Shown here piece by piece: positions 11,005-21,894 of a stretch of 64,000 nucleotides of DNA (positions are counted from its first letter, which is position 1; every line of letters begins with the position of its first letter). The stretch comes from Podarcis liolepis (taxonomy: Eukaryota). Where the stretch lies: the NCBI GenBank assembly GCA_965112155.1, contig OZ218099.1. One strand, written 5' to 3'. The notes beneath the pieces are model-generated. The model saw only the letters and a program-made list of their open reading frames with translations, ran no database searches and had not been told where the DNA came from. The translations under genes and the position numbers were made by a program.

Positions 11005-12574
11005 TAGTTATAGCCATCAAAGCAAATAGGGCATTATTGTATATTGTTATAGGTTTGAGGGGAGTCAGTCTGAACGATACTCATGGATCCCTTCCAAACC
11101 TGTGATCCTATGTATGTGAGGTTAGAATCCACAACAGGAAACCCTTCTTCACATGATCTCAGGGCAGGGGATAGTGACAAAAAACACCTGATAGTAAAAC
11201 AAATAAAATACATATTGTAATACTAGCATATGAGCAGGAAAGAAACACATCAGTTAAAAACTACAGTGCAGTGTCTGCCTATAAAATTCCTAAGCTCCCT
11301 GAAAATACATCTGGCAAGTATGGATAGCTTATAGAAAGGAGAAAGAAAAGGTGAACAGGAAATGTATGCCTCTGGTTGTAAGCTGAGCCAAAATTTCTTT
11401 TTCTTATTTGGCCATTCTGTTGACTCTTTATAGGAACTGCTTTCTATCTCTTGCCTTCTATGAGTAGAACCTTTGCAAAGTTGAGTCCCAGCCAGACGCA
11501 GTATACTTCACATGGCTTTCCTGCCCATATCACCATGATCTCATTAAGCATATGTTGCAAGGGAGGGCAGGGAACAAACTGGGGAGATGGTGCTCCATAC
11601 ATCCCATTGATTCTAGGGTAACAAACGAATCATGTAATCTAGTTGGCCACTGCCTTATGTGTTACTATGGTTTTTGTTTTGGAAGGCTGGGTAAAATGGA
11701 CAGGTTTGATACAAGCACACATCTACCTTAAATATATATAAATTCCATTTTTAAGCTGCTCTCACAGCAGTGCTAGCGCTTCCTTATTACATCTCTTCCT
11801 GTCTGGCATGCCTTATCAAAGAATGCTACAGTTGCAGCCAGCTAAATCACTGTGCATGCAGAACAACTTCTGTAAGTGCAATGGCACTTCTCCTCCTTCT
11901 CCTCTTCTCACGTGCCTCCTGCACTGCCCCAAATTTGTTTTCCAAGGCTGAGTGTGGGAATTGGGGGCCAAGCAAGGAGAAGAGAGTGAAACTGAAGTCC
12001 TCATGTGAAATGAGAAGCTGGATACAACCCATAATATAAATAAAATCCAGGTAGAGATATAGGTAACCTTTGATACTGGTTATTGCTTTAGACTAAATAT
12101 GTTTTAGAAATATGTATTGGTGAGTTTTAATACACTGTACACCACCCTGAGACCATACAGTGAAAGATAAAGAAACATCTAAATAAACTAACTGCAGATA
12201 CCCATTTCATATTATGTGGAGGTAAACTTTATTTTTTATGTATAACATTCATATCCCACTCTACATGCAATGTACAGGGCAGTTTCTAGATATCCTGTGT
12301 TATTTCACAGTCATGCTTGGTAGGTTGCGGTGGGTGGTGGTGGTGGGGAGGCGGGGAGAGACAGACAGACATTATCTGGAAGAGGTTTAACCCAAAGCCT
12401 CCCTTTCCATCCAGAGTCAGAGACAAAGAGAGTAGAATGAAACTCAAGACAGAATGCCCAAATCATAATCTCAAAGAGGCAGCCAGGAGTGGGTGGGTGG
12501 GTCATGGAAGAGAATGCATGCCAGGTTGCAGAGGTGTGTTCAAAAGCAGTGTGGTCCTTTGTATCATCATCACA

Positions 12575-12785
12575 TTTATATCCTACCTTCCCTCCAATGA
12601 GCTTAAGGAGGCAGACACACTTCTCCCCACCCCCATTTTATTCTCACAAACATCCTATGCAGTAGGTCAGGCTAAGAAATGGCGACTGGCCCAAGGTCAC
12701 TCAGTAAACTTTCTGGCTGATTTGGGATTTGAACCCTAGTCTTCCAGGTCCTAGTTCAACACTTTAACTACTATATCACAAGGGC
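12575..12785 (-). mobile_element. Old tRNA-derived (MIR/CORE-like) SINE
   Basis: ggcccaaggtcactcag...gggatttgaaccc (B-box on the minus strand). Confidence 0.5.
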
Positions 12786-14109
12786 TCTTTGTTTAGTAAA
12801 GACAGTGGGCTAGAAGTCAAGAAACACTGGAGGCAAATATTAATAAGCCAGGATGAGTCACTGCTTCTCTACCAGAAACACATAATGTTGGGAGCAGGTC
12901 AACCAGGAATGCTGGTGAGACCAGTATCCTCACGGATAGAGTCAGGCTGCTTTTTTACTTGATTTCGCAGAGCAAGCACACACTGCTCCATCCCATTCAC
13001 ACTGTGCTTTTGCTGAACCTGATGAAGCCTCTGTTCTGCCCACATAGTTGGCCTAATAATTACCCTCTAAATTGGTATTGGTCTCCCTTTTCAAACATCA
13101 CTTCTTTCAGTAGAGTAAGTAGACCAATCCATCAAAGCAAACGCTGGTCAAGGTAGAGAAGACGGGCCTACATGCACACACACAAACCCTTCAAGGTTCT
13201 TTTTTTGCTGTCCTCCAGTTCCTACCTGGCCTCCGACGTGCCATTTGTTCTTTTCTCGTGGTGTAGTACAGCTCCAGCGCTCCAGAACTGTTTGGGCACT
13301 TAGCACTGTTTGCTGTTCCCTCAAAAGTGAGATGTGGCTACTTCCCCAAAGGCAGGCGTCACTGACTTGTACAACAAGTGGACCTAAATGTTTATGTCTT
13401 GCAAAATTCTCAGAAGCTTCCTTTAGCTCAGAGACCACAAGCCATAAAAGGTCTATACATCATGACTCTTCTACCAGCCCCCTCAGTTCCTTAACCCTGC
13501 TTAGTGTGTAATGCTGGGAGGGGAGGGCGAGCAGCCTTAACTGCTTTTAACTTGTTTTTCATTACCTTATATGTAAATCGCCTTGAGGCAGTGGTTTAGA
13601 ATGTGATTATTAATAAATGAAATACAATAATGGTGAGCCATCTTGGGCTAGTCATAGCACAAAGCAGATCAGTTTCGAAGCAAGCTGAGTCACTAAGGGG
13701 CAAAGAAGAGGAAAGGAAGAAAAAGGCTATGGGACATGAATTATCACCAGTCATCAATTTATATACCACTTACAAGTTTCCAAGCAATTAAGACAAAATA
13801 GCCTCCCTGACCTTGTACAGACAATTCTGCTTCCGCTCTAAGTAACATGGAACTCTGTGACAAACCTTATTACAAAGTTCTGGCCCTGTTGGAACAAGAG
13901 ACACCAGGATGTAAACTCAAAAACACCAAATGTTATATTCTGTGGTTTTAATGTTTTAGTTGTTGTTAAATTTTATGAGCCATCTTGGGTCAATCTTTGA
14001 TGGACTGGAATGCAAGTTATTAAAATAAAAGTAGTAGTAGTAATAGAGTGAGAGAATTAATTATTTATTTAATATACTGTTGCTCACCACCAAAATCTCC
14101 AAGCAGTGT

Positions 14110-14570
14110 GAGATTCCAAGAGTTCCAGGCACCAGGTCCATGTTTCGTTTTGGAAATGAGGCACAACAGAGACAGAGGTGTCTTCATCATATAGGGTTTA
14201 TTTACACATATATACAACCTGAGCCTATGATGGAAGGGGTCACAGCATGAACACCCCAAGGTGGTTTTGTTTCTCCCATAGCCACAGCCTTCATTCAAAC
14301 AGAAATCAACCATTGTGCTCTGATCCTCTAGCTTGCTGCCTTTTGCAGCCTGCAACATTTTCCCCCCTAGGTCACATCATAGCCCACTCTTAACTCTGAC
14401 TTTTGTTCTTCTAATTTTCTCAGCAATAGAGGAGGGTCCCATCCATTTACCATCTGGGACAGAACCCCCTCTCCATTGCTTTCTTAATGGCTCATCATCT
14501 TCCCTTTGTTTTCTTAATGGCCTGTCTGGCTTTAACCCTTGCTGGATCCAGGGGTTTGGGAGGCTTGATT
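14110..14570 (-). mobile_element. Solo-LTR-like repeat, related copy at ~36350-36830
   Basis: Shares ggaaatgaggcaca.cagagac..ggtgtctt / caacctgagcctatgatgga.ggg with 36387-36470; AATAAA on the minus strand. Confidence 0.55.
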
Positions 14571-14574
14571 AAAG

Positions 14575-14975
14575 TTGAATATAAGAGCATCCAAAAATGG
14601 CAAAGCTGGTCCTGCACGAAGAGTACTGTCCCATCCAGAACAGGCTAAGCACCTTCTCCCTGAGTAAATTAAACAGGAATCCTCAAAACCTCCATCTTGT
14701 CAGAATTGTGCTTCAGATTATTGGTCCTCATCCAAAGCAGGCTATTACTGATTTCAGGCACCAATTCAGCACTTCAGCTGCCACACAGAATATGCTGCTA
14801 TGGAAGCCCTACACTGTAACCCTCTTGTGAGGAGTGAGTAACTTGGCTTCACAGCAGGACCATCTGATGACCCTTAACTACTGGGCAGGAATAATCATAT
14901 GACGAAGCCTCAAGAAGTATGTAGGACCTAGGCCATTTAGAGCTTTATATGTTAGAGCCAACACCTTGAATAGTG
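14575..14975 (-). mobile_element. L2 LINE fragment
   Basis: ccatttagagctttatatgttagagccaacaccttgaa motif shared with the other L2 fragments. Confidence 0.45.
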
Positions 14976-15230
14976 TATAAATACCAGACACCAGAGAAAG
15001 ATGATGATCACGAAGCACAGAATCTTTAAAAATAAAGAAAAAACTTAATTTGATCCATTCTTCTTGATGCTCCAGTCTAATATTCTGCTAATAATTAGTG
15101 AAGATTTTCTCTTTCTTGAGGAGCAGAGGTGAGAATACCTTCACAAATGAAACAATGCTCTATCCTTCTCCAGGTACATGAAGTGTTTCCCAATATACTT
15201 CAGTCCACTGATGAATCTGAATTTGAAATA

Positions 15231-16472
15231 CTGTATTTTTCGCTCTATAACACGCATCTGACCATAACACGCACGTAGTTTTTAGAGGAGGAAAACAAGG
15301 GAAAAATATTCTAAACGAAACAGTGGATGTATGATTTTTATGGTTCATGCTGTGGCCACAGACATGTGATCTGACAGTGAGTTTGGGGTAGCCCAATGCA
15401 AAAATCCTGAGGATCCATGTGGATCCATGCTTTGTAACCACGTTTTTGCACCATTGCGGCCCCATGAAACAGTGGGTGCGTGTGTGTTTTTTGGTGCAGG
15501 CTGTAGCCATGGAAATGCTATGTGATCTGATGGTGAATTTGGGGTGACCCAGTGCAAAAATCCTGAGGATCCATGTGGATCCGTGCTTTGTAACCACGTT
15601 TTAAGTGGGGAGGGAAGGAAAAGAACTCAAGGGACAAGGAGCACGCGTGGGGTGTGTGTGGAGAAGGAGCTTTTCTGCGAGCTGAGCGGGGAGGAGGAAG
15701 GGAAAGAGCACTGTTGCTTTAAAGGTATACTTAAGGTATTTGCCCTGTGCCTGGGGTTTTTTCCATTTAACAGTTTGCAGCCTTTTCCTTCTGCTCCTTG
15801 TTTTGAGCCAGAATAGATCTGAGCAAGTGAGGAGGACTTGGATTGCAGGGGATTCGCCATTAGCTGTGTAAAAGCGCTCCGCCTTGCAGCCTGAACGATA
15901 AGCAGCCACCAGCAGCAATAGAATCAAGCACAAAAAGGCGGTAGGGGCACTAGGACCCAGACAATGCTCAAATCTATCCTGCCTGAAAACAAGCTGCTCT
16001 GTCCCAGCCGATCAGCTGATACGTGGGGATTTGCGAAGTTTTCCCCTCTCCCTCATGCCCTCCCCAGCCTTTTTTTTTTTACTTCCTGGTTTTCACTGCG
16101 CTGGCTCAGAGCTCGAGGTTGGTTTTCTTTTGCTGCTGGTTGCTTACATTTTATCTTTCCTGCAGTCCCTCTGCAGCCTCATTGCTCTGTTTAGAGAGCG
16201 CGCGGACTTTTTCTTAGCGTCTGTCCCTCCTCCCGTGTAAGCGGCTGCTGCCGGCTTTGCTGCCATGGCTCTCCTTCCCTCCCTCCTCCCCTGCTCCAGG
16301 TCGCTTTAAAGCAAGCAAAGTGAGAGCCTCGTAGAGCGTGTAAGTGGCTCCCGCTTTGCTTGACTGATGGCAGCCATGGCTCCGATCCGTGCATTCGCTC
16401 CGTAACACGCACAGGCATTTTCCCTTACTTTCTACGAGCAAAAAAGTGCATGTTTTGGAGCGAAAATTACGG
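15231..16472. mobile_element. Larger non-autonomous pogo/Tigger-like DNA element with internal direct repeat
   Basis: ta|ctgtatttttcgctctataacacgca ... tgcatgttttggagcgaaaattacgg|ta; ~100-bp internal duplication at ~15345-15445 / ~15500-15602. Confidence 0.75.
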
Positions 16473-16719
16473 TACATCTTGGAATGTTGCAGCTACGGTG
16501 CGCTTCCAACCAAAAACAGCTTTTGGGAGTTAGATGGACAGAAAAGCTGCCTACAATTGGGAGGGGGGACTGGCTCAGATGCCAACAAACTCAACACCTA
16601 CCTCAGACTTTCTAAGTTCCAGACATGGCCAACCCTAAAAGAAAGTATGGATGCTCCTTCCACTTACTGAATGCAAAGTAACTGTGTGTTTCAATCACTT
16701 AAAAACCACTGCAACCATT

Positions 16720-16870
16720 TCCAGAGGGGTCAGCTGTGTGTTCGATGCAGCAAAACCTAAGAGTTTTGAGTCACCTTAAAGACTGTAACCAATGTGCTAC
16801 GGCATAGTAAGAACGAATGCTTATGCCAGAATACGTTTGTTTCTCTTTAAAATGCCACAAGACTCTCTAC
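16720..16870. mobile_element. Degenerate Penelope-type palindromic remnant
   Basis: caccttaaagact ... ctttaaaatgccacaagactct resembles the 5217-5420 element. Confidence 0.4.
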
Positions 16871-17039
16871 TCTCTCTATATTTTTGTTATTCCCGCACCC
16901 CGCGCTGAAATCACTGCAATGCCAGCTGGCCACTAGAGGGGCACAAAGCACACACCATGCCTCTCTACATTTTTTCTAACCAGCGAGAAAAGGTGCCTTG
17001 ACCACAACCTCACCAGTACTCTTCCCTTTAAACAGGGAA

Positions 17040-17493
17040 ACGAGGGGCGCGTGCGTATAACTGCCTTTTGCCATAGAGACGAGACCGGAAATCCAGCCGG
17101 GCGTTCATCGTGTGATAACCATAGAGTACATGACAGGTTGCCACGGTGATCGCTCAACCTTCCAAGCCACAACCTCTGCCGCTGAACTTCTACCAAGCCC
17201 TGTTTTCTTCCGCAGTTTGGTAAAGACACGCAGGTTGTTATTACCAGCCTTATAATACTCCCTTAGGTTCAACTCGCGCTCCGAGGAAACGCTCCGTTTT
17301 AGCTCATTCTCACGGAACGATGGTCGCAAGACCGCCTAGGCCCCCGTTTCGTTGCCATGGTGACGCTTCCGAGTCTTCGCCACTTCCGTTAAACGCATTC
17401 GTTTCTCCCCTCCCCTTTTGCAGCGGCCGTAAAGATTGCCGTACAGGCGGAAGGTGAACATCGCTGCGAAAGAGTGATAATTTCACACAGTAG
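17040..17493 (+). promoter_or_regulatory. TRAPPC5: CpG-rich TRAPPC5 promoter and non-coding first exon
   Basis: Local CpG enrichment, several ETS-type CGGAA/TTCCG sites, X-box GTTGCCATGGTGAC at 17351-17364, donor TAG|gtaaga at 17493/17494 and acceptor taatag|catcATG at 18373/18374. Confidence 0.75.
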
Positions 17494-18377
17494 GTAAGAG
17501 GTATGAAGAGCATTTGGGCTCAGTAAAAGTTGGCGGGGAGGCAGAGGAAGCATTATTGTTATTGCCTTCCCCTCTTAATCTCCGTGATTCCTCCTGGTTT
17601 GCAGGAAGAGTGGGAGGGGAAAGGTCCCCTCTAAAGGTCTGGTGGCGTCCTAGGTGCAGCTCTTTCGTGGTGCAAAGTGGGGTTGTGTCTCGTATCTGAC
17701 CTATAAATGTAAACAGGTTTGATATATGGCTTATCGGACATGTATTTTCCCAAGCCCCGGGAACTGCAATTAGCAGGAGTCCTAAATTGGTAATCCTTTC
17801 ACAGAACTTCAATTCACATAGGATAAAAAGAGGCTTGCAATAATAAGTTTCCATTTGTGGCATAGACTAAAGGATCCTGGAGTTTCAAGTTTGTTATCTT
17901 TGTAAGTCACTGTCACCATTTCAGGGGCTGCTAGGCTTAACTACGAACTACTAGCTATGAACTACTTGGCCCTTTTTTGTAGAGAAGGTGATCAAGCATC
18001 ATTATTTTGGTTGTCTTTTTTCTCAGATTTGCATATCTTGTTATATTGTGGTTTTACAGAATGCTTTCCCCAAGCATCTGAATGTTATACGTTTATAGGA
18101 GTTATCACATTTTACCTTCACAAAAATCTGTGAATTGTGTTAGGCTGGGAGGTGATGGCTAGCCCAAAGTCACCTAGTAGGGATTTAAACTTAGGCTGGC
18201 AATACCCAGATTCAGCATCCTATCCACTTCCTTGTACTAGCTTATATGTCTCTCCTCCCGTGCAAAATAAATATCATTTAGAAGTTGCTATATAAAGTAG
18301 TGCCCCATTTGAAATGCAGTTGTGTGAATTTTAGAAAGGTGCTTATTACCCTTTTAATTTTCTTTCTTAATAGCATC

Positions 18378-18944
18378 ATGGACGCACGTTTTACCCGTGG
18401 AAAGTCTGCTATCCTTGAACGGTCACTCACCCGACCCAAGACTGATGTTAGCCTCAGTGCCTTTTCATTACTGTTTTCTGAGATTGTGCAGTACTGTCAG
18501 AACAGGGTCTACTCTGTTTCTGAGCTTCAGAACAAACTTTCTGAGCTAGGTCAGCAGGTGGGTGCTCGTATCCTGGATGTGTTGGTGATGCGGGAGAAAA
18601 ATGGTAAGAGAGAAACCAAGGTCATCAACATTCTCCTGTTCATCAAAGTTACCGTATGGAAGGCGCTCTTTGGGAAGGAGGCTGACAAGCTGGAGCAAGC
18701 CAATGACGATGACAAGACTTACTACATCATTGAGAAGGAGCCTCTTATCAATACTTACATTTCTGTTCCCAAGGAGAACAGCACACTCAACTGTGCTTCC
18801 TTCACAGCTGGCATCGTGGAGGCTATGCTCACTTGCAGCGGCTTCCCTGCCAAGGTGACAGCCCACTGGCACAAGGGAACCACCCTCATGATCAAATTTG
18901 ATGAGTCAGTAATAGCACGTGACAAAGCCCTGGATGGCCGCTGA
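18378..18944 (+). CDS. TRAPPC5: Trafficking protein particle complex subunit 5
   Basis: 188-aa single coding exon MDARFTRGKSAILERSLTRPKTDVSLSAF...FPAKVTAHWHKGTTLMIKFDESVIARDKALDGR, recognisable as vertebrate TRAPPC5. The upstream ORF extension in the track is intronic. Confidence 0.98.
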   Translation: MDARFTRGKSAILERSLTRPKTDVSLSAFSLLFSEIVQYCQNRVYSVSELQNKLSELGQQVGARILDVLVMREKNGKRETKVINILLFIKVTVWKALFGKEADKLEQANDDDKTYYIIEKEPLINTYISVPKENSTLNCASFTAGIVEAMLTCSGFPAKVTAHWHKGTTLMIKFDESVIARDKALDGR

Positions 18945-20224
18945 CTGCTTCATTTGATTTAATCTGGATTGTTTGTGTCTGTGTGTATGTATGTGTGTAT
19001 GTATATGCATATGCATATATACACACACTTTGACAGTATCCTAAAATAACTACCCTGACCATGCTTTGTGCATGGTAAGGGAGAACCAAGTGGCATCGGA
19101 ACAAGTGACTGTGTCCCATATACTGATGGTAAATGTTTCTACAGCATTTGTACTGATTACACAGGACCACTTCTGCTTCCAGAAATCTACCCTTAATTCT
19201 GTTGCTTGACTCTTGGTGAAGGCTTGAAGAGGGAATGCAGTTCACGTTCCTAGCCAAGAGATAACACAGTCTTGGTTTGCATATGAGCTATGTAATTTGA
19301 TGTAAAGATTCCTCTCATGCTGTTGTATTTGTTTTGTTGTTACCCCTCTGACATTACCACTAGAAAAGCACGGATGAAAGGTTATTGCTAGGCTGCCAGC
19401 TTTGGAATGAGCTAAATTGTCTCTACTCATTCTGTTGCTGCTTCTTACCTAGTGCCTATCAGTTATTATGCAGTCTGCTTTCTGTCTTGCCTCTAGGAAT
19501 GAGCTGCAGCTGCCTTAGCAAATCAAGTGAAACCCACAAATTACATTACCAGTTTGCTTAAGAGTGGCTCAGACTTTCAAATGAAGCACTTTAAGTAAAA
19601 AGCTCAAGGGCAGGGGTAAAGCACACCAGAACCGGTGAGAGCTTTACCTGCTTCTGTAAAATACACTGTTCACTGCCCATGTTTCTTCTTTGAATACTTG
19701 TCTCCACACCTGAAGAAAATATCTAAGAGTTATAAAGACTCCTTTGATAGTTATTCCAAGAGCTGTTCTTACAGGGCTTTCCCTCAGCATAACTGGTCCT
19801 TCACAGTGTTTCCTGTTTGCCCTGAGAAGCGAGGAAAGTGATGTCACCCCCAAACTAAGATTTCTCTCTCTTTTCCTTTTTTAAAAAATGGTAAAATAAA
19901 TTAACTAAAATACCAAGAATATACTGTTGAAAGATATTTTATTGCAGAAATCTCATCTAAACCAGTCAGTTTCAAATCATTCCATACAATGAAGATGCTA
20001 ATGGTTTTGAAGAATTGTTTACCTGGTTAATAAATTCCATTAAGGATGTTTTTGTCTGTCTCTCTCTCTCAACTTCATTTAGTGTGTTGTTCCTGTTCTG
20101 TGCACCGTCTATTTTGTGTGACTGTAATAGTGTTCACATTCTTCCAAATAGCATTGAATTGTTGGGCTTATTTTTATTATTATAAAGATGTAAGTGAATT
20201 TATTAGTTTTTTGTCATAAAATTT

Positions 20225-20970
20225 ATTTTTGGATAGTGGAAAAAACTTCGAAGTCGTTTACAAAAAGAATAAAACAATAAAATTTATTGGTAATAACAAT
20301 TAAAACAACAATTTAAAACATTCAAAAAACTAAAACCAGCAATAAACCAAAAAGCACAACAGCATTCTAGATATTTGGGTAGACTTCACTAAACAATGTT
20401 TTAGCAGGTGCTGAAAAGAGCGCTGTGAAAGTGCCTGCCTGATATCAATAGGAAGGGAGTTCCAAAGTATAGGTGCTGCCACACTAAAATACCATTTTTA
20501 CAAATGCAGAATCGGTACTATGTGGCACCTGTAACAGTGCCAGTTCCTCAGTTCGAAGTGGTCAAGTGGACATATATGGGGTAAGGTGATCTTGCAGGTA
20601 AACTAGGCCCAAGTTATTAAAGACTTTATATACTAATAGTAACACATTGAACCTGGCCTGGTGGCAAATCAGCAACCAGGGCAGATCCCCGAGTACAGCT
20701 GTTGTATGCTGACAAAGTCTCACCCCTGGCAGCAACTGGGCTGTAGCATTTTTGCACTAACTGCAGCTTCTGGATCAAGTGATTAGGGAAGCCCCACATA
20801 GTCCATTGCCTTGAGGAAATGTGGCCACACTTTCCCAGTCTAGGAATGGTTGCAGCTGTTGAACCAGCCACAGTTGGTAAAAGGCACCTCTAGCCACTGA
20901 GGCTGCCTGAGCCTCCAGTGATACAGCTACCTCCAGAAGCACCCCAGAAGTGGTATCTTGCATCATAACT
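20225..20970 (-). mobile_element. L2 LINE 3' fragment
   Basis: Decayed ORF2 C-terminus (LEAQ.ASVARGAFYQL.LV.QL.PFLD; IQKLQLVQ). Confidence 0.75.
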
Positions 20971-21784
20971 CATTTTGGATAAAAACCGTCAAATTCATGC
21001 TTCTTAAAAGTGGGAGAAGTTAAAGTTGATTCAATGATTCTATTATTCTGTACTTACAATTCCAAGAGTGGATTCTTGTATATGCTGCTTGATCACTCTC
21101 AGATGTACAGTAGTACTAGTTCCTTCCTCTCCCCATGCAGTTCATTAGAAAATTACTAAATAAGATTACAAGTCATGGAACGTAATGAATAACCACTTTT
21201 ATGCATTCTTACTAAAGCCTACATAGGATTGCAGACTTCTACCAGTGTTAACAGGGTTTTTGCTCATGGTCTTTTTGATCTACTGATAAGGGTGCATAGG
21301 ATGGCTTTTATTCACCACCAAAAGCTGGAAACTTATCTTGGAACAAATTGAGCTTTTCCTGTAATCAGATGCTGAGTAGGTAGGAGGTGCAACTCATGAT
21401 GCAAATGACTTGATGGTGATTGTAACAACTAAATTGTAAACGGCTTCCATCTAATAAGAGCCACTTCTGAGGAGGTGTTTGGCTTGTGGAAACAGCACAT
21501 CCATATAGCTTTAGGAGACCACACAACTTTTCTCCCAGCAGAGAAGTGACTGTGACAGCAGGGACACATTCTGAACCAAAGTAAGGCATGTTACATTTTA
21601 AGTGCTACGTAGTTGCAGAACTGCAATGCTTTAAAGTGTCCACAGCATCGTTGCAAGGGAGGTGCACAAGGGGGGAAAAACAGAACAACAAATTGTGCTT
21701 TCCCTTGGCTTTTACCAAGTAAACAAGAAGACTTTCCCCTACCCCAAGCAGCGAGGTGGTGCTAGGGGTGGGCATTTAGGGGCC

Positions 21785-21845
21785 TGACTCATTTGTGGCT
21801 TGCTAGATAGAAGCTGATAGTGACAGGAAGGAAGCACAAGTGGCT
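21785..21845 (+). promoter_or_regulatory. Conserved promoter module of lectin B (AP-1, RUNX-like, GATA, ETS)
   Basis: tgactca-tttgtggcttg-...gaagctgatagtgacaggaag; homologous to 34500-34550 and 54145-54195. Confidence 0.55.
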
Positions 21846-21894
21846 GTGTAGCATCTGCCCCAAGAACTCTGACTTGGAGCAGCCTTAACCTACC

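Noticed and set aside
11881-12039. Signal-peptide-like MALLLLLLFSRASC (considered as a resistin-like neighbour)
   Set aside because: The Leu run derives from a CT-rich tract; no downstream Cys-rich resistin exons were found.
18285-18377. 31-aa N-terminal extension of TRAPPC5 in the ORF track
   Set aside because: It starts at a TTG and spans a polypyrimidine tract and AG acceptor, so it is intronic. The true start is the ATG at 18378.
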